Positions 19,691 to 28,438 of a stretch of DNA of 64,000 nt are shown piece by piece. The DNA comes from Phycisphaeraceae bacterium (GTDB lineage: Bacteria > Planctomycetota > Phycisphaerae > Phycisphaerales > Phycisphaeraceae). The notes under the pieces are model-generated. The model had not been told where the DNA came from and made no database searches. It saw nothing but the letters and a program-made list of their open reading frames with translations. The translations under genes were made by a program, and so were the position numbers. Each line of letters begins with the position of its first letter. The first letter of the stretch is position 1. The DNA lies in assembly GCA_963674705.1 (NCBI GenBank), contig OY771506.1, forward strand, positions 3,872,001 through 3,936,000, given 5' to 3'.

Positions 19691-20554
19691 CTAGCGACGG
19701 CGACGCCACATCGTCACGCCGCAAGATCCCGCGGCCAGCAATGACAACGCACCGGGCTCAGGCACGGCAGCAGTCGGGGGGGTACCCGCGTTCCAGTTGT
19801 TCAGTACGACATCCAGGTCGTCCAAACCGACAAAACCATCGGGCTCACCACCGGCGCCCGAGACGTCGGCACGATCATCGCCGGGCGGGATGGTCTGGTT
19901 CCAGTTATTGAGGATGATGTCCAGGTCGTCGAGGCCGACAAAGCCGTCGCTGTTGAGGTCACCCGCCAAGGCGCTGCTGATAGCGCCGGCGAGGATGCCG
20001 GTGTTCGGTATATTCTCAAACGCGAAGTCCTTGATCACGAACGTGCCAGCGGCGTTATTCACATCGACACGGACCCATGCGTAGTGCAGGTCCGCACCGA
20101 TGGGGAACGAGAAGCCAACATAAGCATCGGTGACATTGTCGAATTCACCGTTGGGGTTGTTCACGCCGTAAGACATCGAGCCGACGACGTACGTGCTGAT
20201 TGTTGTAGAGCTGATTTCATCCCCGGCTTCGAGTGCTGTTGCATAAATCAGACTGCCGGTCTTGGTACCCATCAGTTTACCGGGGTTGTACTGGATGTAG
20301 ACGCCTTGATAGTTGCCGCCGGCGAAGACGTAGTTCTTGAATAGGATATCCGTGTATTGATCGCCATCGATGTAGAGCGTTTGTGAAGAAAACTGGCCGA
20401 TGGAGATGTCGTCGATATCGAAGTACTCGATCGCAGCGCCGGCGTGCTGGGTCAAACCTGCCGTGGCGGCGGCACCTGCCATCAGCGAATAAGCCATGAG
20501 GCGTGCGTCACGCTTGTTCTGAACTTCACGACCGTTGATCTGTGTCATATCCAT
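19691..20554 (-). CDS. PEP-CTERM protein, paralog 2 (uncharacterised domain plus dockerin-like repeat)
   Basis: Leader RLMAYSLMAGAAA; core KNYVF.GGNYQG...HYAWVRVDV.N.AGTFVIKD; dockerin-like repeat; VPEPGALSLLA..WRRRR. Confidence 0.85.
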   Translation of the reverse strand: MDMTQINGREVQNKRDARLMAYSLMAGAAATAGLTQHAGAAIEYFDIDDISIGQFSSQTLYIDGDQYTDILFKNYVFAGGNYQGVYIQYNPGKLMGTKTGSLIYATALEAGDEISSTTISTYVVGSMSYGVNNPNGEFDNVTDAYVGFSFPIGADLHYAWVRVDVNNAAGTFVIKDFAFENIPNTGILAGAISSALAGDLNSDGFVGLDDLDIILNNWNQTIPPGDDRADVSGAGGEPDGFVGLDDLDVVLNNWNAGTPPTAAVPEPGALSLLAAGSCGVTMWRRRR

Positions 20555-20675
20555 GTCTCTCTAAACTCACAAGCCTTTTGTATTGCCCCGGTTGAAATTG
20601 TCCCGATCCTGTTCCCAGAACCGGGACGTCGTCGTATTTATTCGCAGCAGGGCGTCAGCCCGTAACTTCAATGCC

Positions 20676-21302
20676 TTAGCGGCGTCGCCACGCCATGACC
20701 CCGGCAGCGCCCACGGCCAGTAATGACAGGGCGCCCGGTTCGGGCACGGCGCCGGCTACGATGCCTTGGCCGGCCACATCATCGTAGGCCCAGTCCTTGA
20801 TCACGAACGTGCCGGCGGTGTTGTCGACGTCCACGCGGATCCAGCCGTAGTGATTCACGCCGCCGATCGGGAACGCCAGGCCGATATAGGCATCGGTGAC
20901 ATTGTTGAATTCGGCGTTGGGATTATTCGCGCCATAAGCCATGGAACCGACGAAGCTGGGGCCGGCGGTGCCGGCGTCAATGATGTCGCCTGCATTAAGT
21001 GCCGAGGCATACGACAGACCATTGGTGAAACCCACGAGCTTTCCGGGGTAGAAGTTGACATAGGCGCCCTGGTAATTACCTCCACTGAATACATAGTTTT
21101 TCAGCAGGATGTCGTTGTACGCATCACCGTCAAGGTTCAGGTTTTGCGAGCCGAACTGCCCGATGGCGATGTTCTGCAAGCCCGAGTACACGATGGCTGC
21201 ATCTGCTGTGCCGGCCGCAATAGCCGAAGCACCGGCGGCCAACGAGTAAGCAAGTAAACGCATCTCACGTCCCTGTGGACGCGCATCACAATCCTTGGTC
21301 AT
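20676..21302 (-). CDS. PEP-CTERM protein, paralog 1 (same uncharacterised domain, no dockerin)
   Basis: GGAGAGGAGA RBS before ATG 21302; leader RLLAYSLAAGA; core closely similar to 19691..20554; VPEPGALSLLA..WRRR. Confidence 0.85.
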   Translation of the reverse strand: MTKDCDARPQGREMRLLAYSLAAGASAIAAGTADAAIVYSGLQNIAIGQFGSQNLNLDGDAYNDILLKNYVFSGGNYQGAYVNFYPGKLVGFTNGLSYASALNAGDIIDAGTAGPSFVGSMAYGANNPNAEFNNVTDAYIGLAFPIGGVNHYGWIRVDVDNTAGTFVIKDWAYDDVAGQGIVAGAVPEPGALSLLAVGAAGVMAWRRR

Positions 21303-21608
21303 TTTGTTTTTCTCCTCTCCTGGGAACAACACGTTGCGTGGATTACACAAGCACAGTAGGCGTAGCACAGATAAAGGTTTAACCGCCGCTTGGAATGATA
21401 ATATAGCCTATGTATCTACTAAAACAAGCAATTATATCCAGCCACATACAATGTAAATGGCTGTTACAAATTCTTAACAATTCTCTAAACTATCCAGTCG
21501 TTAATGGCTTATAAGCCATATTTTGCATGCATTACATAATTGGCAACAAATCAGTTATTTATAAACATAAGACAACTAATTATTATTTTATTGGCGGCAA
21601 GTAAGCGC

Positions 21609-21639
21609 AAAACAGCTATCAGGCAAGCCTGGATAGCTG
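21609..21639 (-). terminator. Intrinsic terminator after rpmH
   Basis: CAGCTATC-AGGC/GCCT-G-GATAGCTG stem with a T-tract on the minus strand. Confidence 0.65.
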
Positions 21640-21668
21640 GGTAAGTGAGGTACCGGTCTTTTTGTGGA

Positions 21669-21815
21669 TTAGTACTTGCGGACGTTGACGCTGCGGCCTT
21701 CGCGGCGTTTGGCATTAAGCATTTTGCGGCCGTTTCTGGTGCGCATCCTGGCGCGGAAGCCGAACTTACGGGCTCGTTTGATCATGCTGCGTCGCTTGGG
21801 GTAATGCGTCGACAT
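21669..21815 (-). CDS. rpmH: 50S ribosomal protein L34
   Basis: Manual translation (48 aa): MSTHYPKRRSMIKRARKFGFRARMRTRNGRKMLNAKRREGRSVNVRKY; GFRARM.T..GR signature. Below the ORF-track cutoff. Confidence 0.95.
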   Translation of the reverse strand: MSTHYPKRRSMIKRARKFGFRARMRTRNGRKMLNAKRREGRSVNVRKY

Positions 21816-21871
21816 CTCGGTCGCTCCTGCGGTCAAGGCCCATTGTCGGGCTTATACGGCCGGGTGTCCGG

Positions 21872-24316
21872 CTATTTGATGTTGAATATCACCGACTCGT
21901 ACACCAGATTCCCTCGGGCGTCGGCGGCCCGCAGTGTCAGCACGTGCGGACCCGGGGAAAGATCGAAGATCGTAACAGCCCAGGATTCGGATGTCGAATC
22001 GAAGATCAGGTCATCCGGGAGTATTGGCTTGAATTCGCTCTTCTTATCAAGGGCGTAGGCGATCGATCGGATGGGTGACCAATCGTCGGTCGCCGTGCCT
22101 GAAACCTTGATCTGGTTGCCGTTTACGTCCTTATTAACGATCAGATCGGGGGCGGAATTGTCCACCAGGACGGGGGCGGCACGACGGGATGTGGTCAGCG
22201 CCATATCTCCGGGATTGTCAGGCCGATCGTCGGCGGTGACACGCACGATGTATCGGCCGTCCGGGACGCGGCGGGTTTCCCACTCGTAGGTCATATCTGT
22301 GAGGTCTTCCTCAATCAGCAGGTAGAAGTCGGAGCCGGCCGGCTGGTACTCGAGCTTGTAGAGCAGGGGGTCCTGGTTGTCATCTGCGGCTTCCCACTCG
22401 ATGTTCATGATCGTCGCCGGTGGGGCGTCAGGCTCTGATTCTTCGGGATACGCCGCGGTGACCTTGTTGATGACTGGCTTGAGGTTCGGTGTGACGTAAG
22501 CCGCTTCGACGCGGTCCACAACGGGCGTGGCGTCATCAGCGCCGGTCAGCGTCAGGCGATACTGGAGGAATCGAGCCGGCGGTGACTGGACGGTGACTTC
22601 CTTCGGAGCCAGTGCCGGCAGTTTTTCATCCGGCATCAGAACCTGCGATTGAGACCATTCGGACCACGCGGCCTGCTCCGGGTCCTGCACATTACCGCTG
22701 CGTGTTTCGATCGTCAGGGAACAACCTTCGGGGATGTCGGCGGTGACACGCAGCAAACCCCACAGGCTGATCTGCGCTGCATCGAGTGAGGCGCTGGTGT
22801 ATGTGCCAAGGTGGCCGTAGCTGTTACCGAGGGTGAACAGTTCCGCGGGGTTAGCGGTAGCGATGACGGTGTTGCCATCGGAATCAATCGCCATCGCCGG
22901 GACCTGCTCGGCTGCCAGATCAACGAGTACCGCGAATTCGAGCGTGTCCGGATCGATCACGAAAACCTGGCCTTCATTACCCGTGGCAGCCAGGAGTTTG
23001 CCATCAACTTCGACCAACTTCAGGATCATGACCGAATCACGGAAAACCTCGCTGACGAAGCCTTGGCCATCGATGTGATAGATCGCGTTGCCTTCCTTCT
23101 CCACAGCGGGGGCGCTGACGGGTTGTGATCGGCTGCCGGAGCTGGATGCACGTCGGCTGCTGCCGCCTGCGGACGGCGGGCCGGCCTGCAATTCACCGCT
23201 CTTACGTGCCGCACGCAAACGGTCACGGATCAGTTCACGCAGACGGTCGTACTGTTCGGGGGTCGGTTCTTCCGCGACAGGTTCACCGGCTTCGGCCTTT
23301 TCGGCTTCGGCGACGGGTTGCTCGGTCTTGGTTACGTCTGCCGCTTTAGCGGCTTCTGCGTCTTCGGGCACCACTGCCGCGGGTTCGGCGTTTACATCGG
23401 CTTCAACATGATCCTCGGACATTGGTGACGGTTCAGTTTCGCCTTGATCGCCCGGTTCGGCTTGTTCCGACTCCGGTTTACCACCTTCTTCACTCGCCGC
23501 TTCCGTCATACGACCGGGACGAGCCTGCTCGGCATCGGCTGTGCCGACATATAGCGAGCCGTCTTCGGTAACCAGCAGCGCACCGATTTCCGGCTCCGGG
23601 GCGTCAAACAATGCGTATGGCTGGGCGTCGTCACCTTGATTCAAGGCAAGCTTCAAGACCAGGCCATCCTCGTCCGTACCGAAGATGATGTTGCCTTGCT
23701 TGTCCTGTGCGAGGCTGAGGATGTTGGCTTGGGATGCGTCGTAAAGTTCGGTGACCGGTTCTTCGGCATCCGGTTTGATGAGAAGCAGCTTGCCTTCGGT
23801 ACCCGTGGCGGCGACGATCCCGCTATCCGTGACGATTATGTCCCAGATGTAGCGGACACCTTCGAGCTCGGTGAGTGTGGTCAGCTCTTCGCCATCGAGA
23901 ACCGCCAGCTTGCTGGTTGTGCCGCTGACAGCGACCAGCAGTTTGCCATCGTAAACACCGATCGCGAAGATCTGCGATTCAGGCAGGGCGGTGACTTCAA
24001 CGATCTCGTCTCCGTCGCGTTTGAGGATCTTGCCCTCGGGGCCCGCGGCGAGATAGATCGTGCCGTCGGGCATCTCCTGCAGGTCGTAGATGATGCTGGC
24101 TTCTTCCGGCAGTTCGCCGATGGTGGTCGACTCGGTCGCGAGCTTGATATCACCGAGGCTGGTGATGAGTGTGCCGTCCACCTCGCCCGGCTCAAAGTCG
24201 GCTTCGGTCGTGTGCTCGAAGCGCTGCGGCTGGATAGCCGAAGCTTGGGGAACGGGCAGGCACACGGTACCGATCAGGAGTGTGGGGATCAGTGTTAACA
24301 ACGGGAACTTGCGCAT
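21872..24316 (-). CDS. Large secreted beta-propeller-like protein with C-terminal Ig/Fn3-like domains
   Basis: Signal peptide; repeated 'dG.ly..TG.eGk' blades; acidic Pro/Ala/Glu linker; PARFLQYR, DGRY.VRV.A.D; AAGGA RBS before ATG 24316. Confidence 0.7.
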   Translation of the reverse strand: MRKFPLLTLIPTLLIGTVCLPVPQASAIQPQRFEHTTEADFEPGEVDGTLITSLGDIKLATESTTIGELPEEASIIYDLQEMPDGTIYLAAGPEGKILKRDGDEIVEVTALPESQIFAIGVYDGKLLVAVSGTTSKLAVLDGEELTTLTELEGVRYIWDIIVTDSGIVAATGTEGKLLLIKPDAEEPVTELYDASQANILSLAQDKQGNIIFGTDEDGLVLKLALNQGDDAQPYALFDAPEPEIGALLVTEDGSLYVGTADAEQARPGRMTEAASEEGGKPESEQAEPGDQGETEPSPMSEDHVEADVNAEPAAVVPEDAEAAKAADVTKTEQPVAEAEKAEAGEPVAEEPTPEQYDRLRELIRDRLRAARKSGELQAGPPSAGGSSRRASSSGSRSQPVSAPAVEKEGNAIYHIDGQGFVSEVFRDSVMILKLVEVDGKLLAATGNEGQVFVIDPDTLEFAVLVDLAAEQVPAMAIDSDGNTVIATANPAELFTLGNSYGHLGTYTSASLDAAQISLWGLLRVTADIPEGCSLTIETRSGNVQDPEQAAWSEWSQSQVLMPDEKLPALAPKEVTVQSPPARFLQYRLTLTGADDATPVVDRVEAAYVTPNLKPVINKVTAAYPEESEPDAPPATIMNIEWEAADDNQDPLLYKLEYQPAGSDFYLLIEEDLTDMTYEWETRRVPDGRYIVRVTADDRPDNPGDMALTTSRRAAPVLVDNSAPDLIVNKDVNGNQIKVSGTATDDWSPIRSIAYALDKKSEFKPILPDDLIFDSTSESWAVTIFDLSPGPHVLTLRAADARGNLVYESVIFNIK

Positions 24317-24355
24317 GACGTATCCTTGCATCTCGTTATTGGTAAGCGTTTGGGT

Positions 24356-26323
24356 TTAAGGTTTGCGAACACTGATTGTAAAACTGACTTGCCCCAGGAT
24401 CACCGCATCGGCGTCAGAGACCTGATCGATCAGGCGGGGGTAGGTCATCGTTTCGGTGGTCGTGGGACTAGTTAACATCGCTGCACGGCTGGACGGGAGC
24501 TTGGGCATCTCCGTCTTGCCGACCGCGATACCGGTATCAGGAAGCTGTATTGCGGCATAGATCGCGTCTGCTTTGTAGGAGAGCGACTCCTGAATGAATG
24601 CCACAATATCATCGATTGTATTCGTGACCATCAGACTCGGCTTAGTGAGTATTTTCATATTGGCGTACGCATCCGCACCGCTTACCGTCAGGGGGTAATC
24701 ACCTTCTTCCAGGTCCTCCGGCAATGTAAGCTCAATCCGACGCGTCTCGAAGCCGCCTCCGTAGTATTGAAGCTCAAGGTGAACGACAACCGTATCGCCC
24801 GGCGCAACTTCCGCCCGCTCAAGCCGGGCGTTGCTGATGCGGGCCTGCTGGATGCCGTCTTCCACATCAACCGTCACATTCACAGATTCGATATCCAACG
24901 ATTCGTAAGCATTATCAACAAGGATGTTCAGGGCCGGCAATACTTCCATCACCGCGTAAACGGCATTCCCCCCGGCGATCATCGAGTCGATTGAAATGTC
25001 GCGTCCTCCGCTGAACGACAAATTCCCTTTGACACGCATCGTGGTTTCTTGATCCATGCCGTAGATCGCGTTGATGCTTTCCAGTACGACGTTTGCCACA
25101 AGCACCGGACTCAACGACGGTTCGTTGACGACCGTGTAGTGATAGCTTCTACTTTGATCGTTGGGCCTGTTGACGACGACCTCGACCGGTGCCGTGGTAT
25201 AAAGCACCTTGTCAGTACCGACAACACCGGCGCTCTCATCACGCACGAGCGAGCCCAAAGGCGTCAGGGAGCCGGAGTTCTTAAAGCTGATTGAACGCCT
25301 GGGCATTACGAAGTGAACATACCCGGTCGACATCGGCACCTGCGCTTTGCCCTGGTCAAACATCGGGTGCCCGAAACCGAGTACCGAGCCGTCAGGCAGA
25401 ACATCCGTCACCGTGCCGGTTGCGCTCAGTTCCATGTCGCCATAGGCCAGCGGTACCGCGAGCACACTGCCCGGTTCGATATTGACCTTTTTATAGTCGA
25501 TTGACTTCGGCGGCGCGCCGGCGACGGGCCCGGAAGCCGATGCCACAGCCATCAGCCCCATGGACTCGAGTAACGGGCTGAAAAGCTCGACGCTCAGCGA
25601 TGAACCCAGCGTGATCGGCAGCATCATGTTGGATGCATACGTCCCCGCTCGAGGTCCGGGAACACGATCCGTAGCAGCGGATACTTCGACAGTGTTACCT
25701 TCAATCCGATGCATCATTTCAAGCATCGCGTGGTAGCGTGTTTTCGCTAATGATGTAGCGGGGAAGCTGTCCATCCGTTCTAGCAATTCGATCGTTCGCC
25801 GGTTGGAACCCGAACGTGCTGAAGACTTGGAATCTTTCCCATCTGTTTCCGGAATGCGTGTCGCCGAGTCACGCATATACTCGATAGGCTGCACGCCCAC
25901 GATGCATTGCTGCGATTCGCTGTAGCCAAAGGCGAAAGCCCCGATCAACTTCCCGCCATGACCGATCTCGTGAGGCCCGTCATCGTCCCAAAGAAAGATC
26001 GGCGAGCCGGACATGCCCTGCACCGGGCCCGATTCAATCATCCGATCATCCGTACATCGCATCCAGACCACGCTTCGAGTCGGCACTGCGTTGGGAACGA
26101 TGCTGACAACCTCGACGTTGAACGGCTCGATCTTCGTGCCGTGGAACACCGTCAGGCCGTAGCCCTTCATCCCAATACGGACCTCGTCGACCGACATCGC
26201 TGGGGTGGGTTCGGCGGGGGCGACAATGCTTTGTCCGGAAGCAGGAAGGGTGGTCAGCAGCGGTAGCCAACCCAGCATAAGCAGGATGCCGGCTGTAAGA
26301 ATCCGATGGTTGGCGTTTTTCAT
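24356..26323 (-). CDS. SpoIVB-like peptidase S55 domain protein (secreted)
   Basis: GMKGYGLTVF.GT.IE.F.VEV, QGMSGSPI, GKLIGA, GTVT, FGHP. Confidence 0.85.
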   Translation of the reverse strand: MKNANHRILTAGILLMLGWLPLLTTLPASGQSIVAPAEPTPAMSVDEVRIGMKGYGLTVFHGTKIEPFNVEVVSIVPNAVPTRSVVWMRCTDDRMIESGPVQGMSGSPIFLWDDDGPHEIGHGGKLIGAFAFGYSESQQCIVGVQPIEYMRDSATRIPETDGKDSKSSARSGSNRRTIELLERMDSFPATSLAKTRYHAMLEMMHRIEGNTVEVSAATDRVPGPRAGTYASNMMLPITLGSSLSVELFSPLLESMGLMAVASASGPVAGAPPKSIDYKKVNIEPGSVLAVPLAYGDMELSATGTVTDVLPDGSVLGFGHPMFDQGKAQVPMSTGYVHFVMPRRSISFKNSGSLTPLGSLVRDESAGVVGTDKVLYTTAPVEVVVNRPNDQSRSYHYTVVNEPSLSPVLVANVVLESINAIYGMDQETTMRVKGNLSFSGGRDISIDSMIAGGNAVYAVMEVLPALNILVDNAYESLDIESVNVTVDVEDGIQQARISNARLERAEVAPGDTVVVHLELQYYGGGFETRRIELTLPEDLEEGDYPLTVSGADAYANMKILTKPSLMVTNTIDDIVAFIQESLSYKADAIYAAIQLPDTGIAVGKTEMPKLPSSRAAMLTSPTTTETMTYPRLIDQVSDADAVILGQVSFTISVRKP

Positions 26324-26354
26324 AAGTTTTGAAGCGTACTAGGAGTGAAGGTTA

Positions 26355-26383
26355 TTGACAAGCCGAGTTGACTGATTGATACT
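26355..26383 (+). promoter_or_regulatory. Sigma-70-type promoter for rnc
   Basis: TTGACA-17 nt-GATACT. Confidence 0.55.
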
Positions 26384-26517
26384 TTATAGGTCCGCTGACG
26401 CAGCGGCGCCCTGGCTCGACCCGGGCAGCCGCCGCGGCACCGGGTGGCACGCGGCAGCCGGTTATTGACCGGGCATGTCGTGTTATCGTTGTTCACAACG
26501 CCATCTATTGCCCGATT

Positions 26518-27237
26518 ATGGTTGAAAAAGCACATGAAGTCCTCGGCTACCGGTTCAAAGACGCGGCGCTGCTCGAAGAAGCTCTGACACACGCCTCTGT
26601 CGCTGACGACCGGCTCAGCAGTAACGAACGTATGGAGTTCCTCGGCGATGCCATTCTAGGCTTTATCGTCTGTGAATATCTATACAACGCCTACCCCGAT
26701 CTGCTGGAAGGCGACCTCACCAAAATCAAGAGCGCCGTGGTCAGCCGTCGCGTTTGCGCGATAATCAGCAAGGCCAACAACATGGCTGAGATGCTCAACC
26801 TCGGCAAAGGGATGACCGGCCGAGCCTCGCTGCCCAACAGCGTCGCCGCCGCCGTGCTCGAATCGCTTATCGCCGCGATCTACCTCGACGGCGGGATCAA
26901 CGAAGCCCGTGAATTCATCCTGCGTCACATGGTGCCTTTCATCAAGGAGGCCGCGGACTCCGCTCATCAACAAAACTTCAAGAGTGTGCTCCAGCAATAC
27001 GCCCAGAAACACTTGCCAAGCAATCCGATCTACGTCTTACTGGATGAAAAAGGGCCCGATCATTCCAAATGCTTCGAGGTTTGCGTGGAGGTCGAAGGCA
27101 GACGGAGCGGGTCAGCCTGGGCTAACTCGAAAAAAGAAGCCGAGCAAAACGCAGCGCTCAACGCCCTCATGGAAATAGGCCTGGCACAGAAGCTGGATGA
27201 CGGCACCGTCATCATCAGCCCTGCCAACGAGGATTAG
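26518..27237 (+). CDS. rnc: Ribonuclease III
   Basis: ALTHAS, NERMEFLGDAILG signature; C-terminal dsRBD (KS.LQ..AQ, GPDH.K.F, SKKEAEQ.AA). Confidence 0.97.
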   Translation: MVEKAHEVLGYRFKDAALLEEALTHASVADDRLSSNERMEFLGDAILGFIVCEYLYNAYPDLLEGDLTKIKSAVVSRRVCAIISKANNMAEMLNLGKGMTGRASLPNSVAAAVLESLIAAIYLDGGINEAREFILRHMVPFIKEAADSAHQQNFKSVLQQYAQKHLPSNPIYVLLDEKGPDHSKCFEVCVEVEGRRSGSAWANSKKEAEQNAALNALMEIGLAQKLDDGTVIISPANED

Positions 27238-27305
27238 CCGCAACCTGTCCCAGCTTCGACGTTCCCCGAGCCTATCTCACCAACCGTGTCGGGTCCGAAC
27301 GGTAT

Positions 27306-27605
27306 TCACACATTGGCCTTCAATTCCGCCTCGGCTTCGAGCCAGTTCGCTTCGTCATGGCCCATCGGCTTGCCCTTGCGCAACCAGATCTCATAAGCAC
27401 GCAGGCTGATCTGTTCGATCGTGGGTTCGAGGGTCGCTGCGGGCTTCTTTGATTTAGCCGACTTCTCAGCTTTTGTTGATTTTGGAGCCTTGGGTTTGAC
27501 CGACTTGGTGGTGATCTTCGGGGTTTTGGTGGTTGATTTGGCTTTCGCGTCCTTGGTCTTGGTCGCGACCTTCGTGGTCGACTTGATGCTGCTCTTGCTT
27601 GCCAT
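27306..27605 (-). CDS. DUF2934-type small protein with Lys/Thr/Ala-rich histone-like N-terminus
   Basis: C-terminal EQISLRAYEIW...G.P.G.D..NWLEAE.EL; low-complexity basic N-terminal ~55 aa. Confidence 0.8.
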   Translation of the reverse strand: MASKSSIKSTTKVATKTKDAKAKSTTKTPKITTKSVKPKAPKSTKAEKSAKSKKPAATLEPTIEQISLRAYEIWLRKGKPMGHDEANWLEAEAELKANV

Positions 27606-27795
27606 GGTACTTCCTATTCCTTTAGGACTAACTGGAGGCGGGGCGGGTATCCATCACCCGCATGGACACCACGCGGGTATCACATGCTTTGAATATAACC
27701 GATTAGCCTCGGTCTGTAATGCCCCTGAAACACGATTACGTCAAAAACTAACCAATAGTTCTGCGCATCGTAGCGCCCGGATTATGGAATTCCAC

Positions 27796-28296
27796 TTATA
27801 CGCTGTGCTTATCCAGAACCTTCAACACATCGGTGGCGTGCCCGGCCACTTTCACCTTGTCCCAGCGATGGGCGACCTTGCCGTCCGGATCGATCAGATA
27901 CGTCGTGCGGACGATGCCCATGTACTTCTTGGCAAACAGTTTTTTCTGCTGCCAGACGCCATACTTGCTCGCCATCTTCTGCTCGGGATCGACCAGCAGG
28001 GGGAAGGGCAGCTCCCGTTTCCGGGCAAACTTCTGGTGGGCAGCCTCGTCATCCGGGCTGATCCCCAGAACGACCGCGCCTCGGTCAAGGAGTTTTTCGT
28101 GATTGTCACGGAAACCGCACGCCTGGATCGTGCAGCCGGGTGTGTTGTCGCGCGGGTAAAAGTAGAGTACGACCCACTGCCCCTTGTAGTCTGAGAGTTT
28201 ATGCGTCTTGCCTTGCTGGTCCTTGAGCGTAAACGAGGGTGCATTTTCCCCGACTTTCACCAGTCCAATATCCGATGCGCTGCTCTGACTTGGCAT
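27796..28296 (-). CDS. bcp: Thioredoxin-dependent peroxiredoxin Bcp
   Basis: LYFYPRDNTPGCTIQAC.FRD, GISPD, RTTYLID. Confidence 0.93.
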   Translation of the reverse strand: MPSQSSASDIGLVKVGENAPSFTLKDQQGKTHKLSDYKGQWVVLYFYPRDNTPGCTIQACGFRDNHEKLLDRGAVVLGISPDDEAAHQKFARKRELPFPLLVDPEQKMASKYGVWQQKKLFAKKYMGIVRTTYLIDPDGKVAHRWDKVKVAGHATDVLKVLDKHSV

Positions 28297-28438
28297 ACTT
28301 CCGTCCTTTTTACCCCACCCGGCTTCTTTTTATTCATCTTACCCATCAATCAGCACATAGTCCGCACAAAATACTCGCCATTCTCCTGTTCTTATGCTTG
28401 CCTGCTCAACCCTAAAACCTCTGTTATCCTTACTGGCC

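Noticed and set aside
21360..21660. oriC next to rpmH
   Set aside because: AT-rich, but no TTATCCACA-type DnaA box cluster and no dnaA/dnaN.
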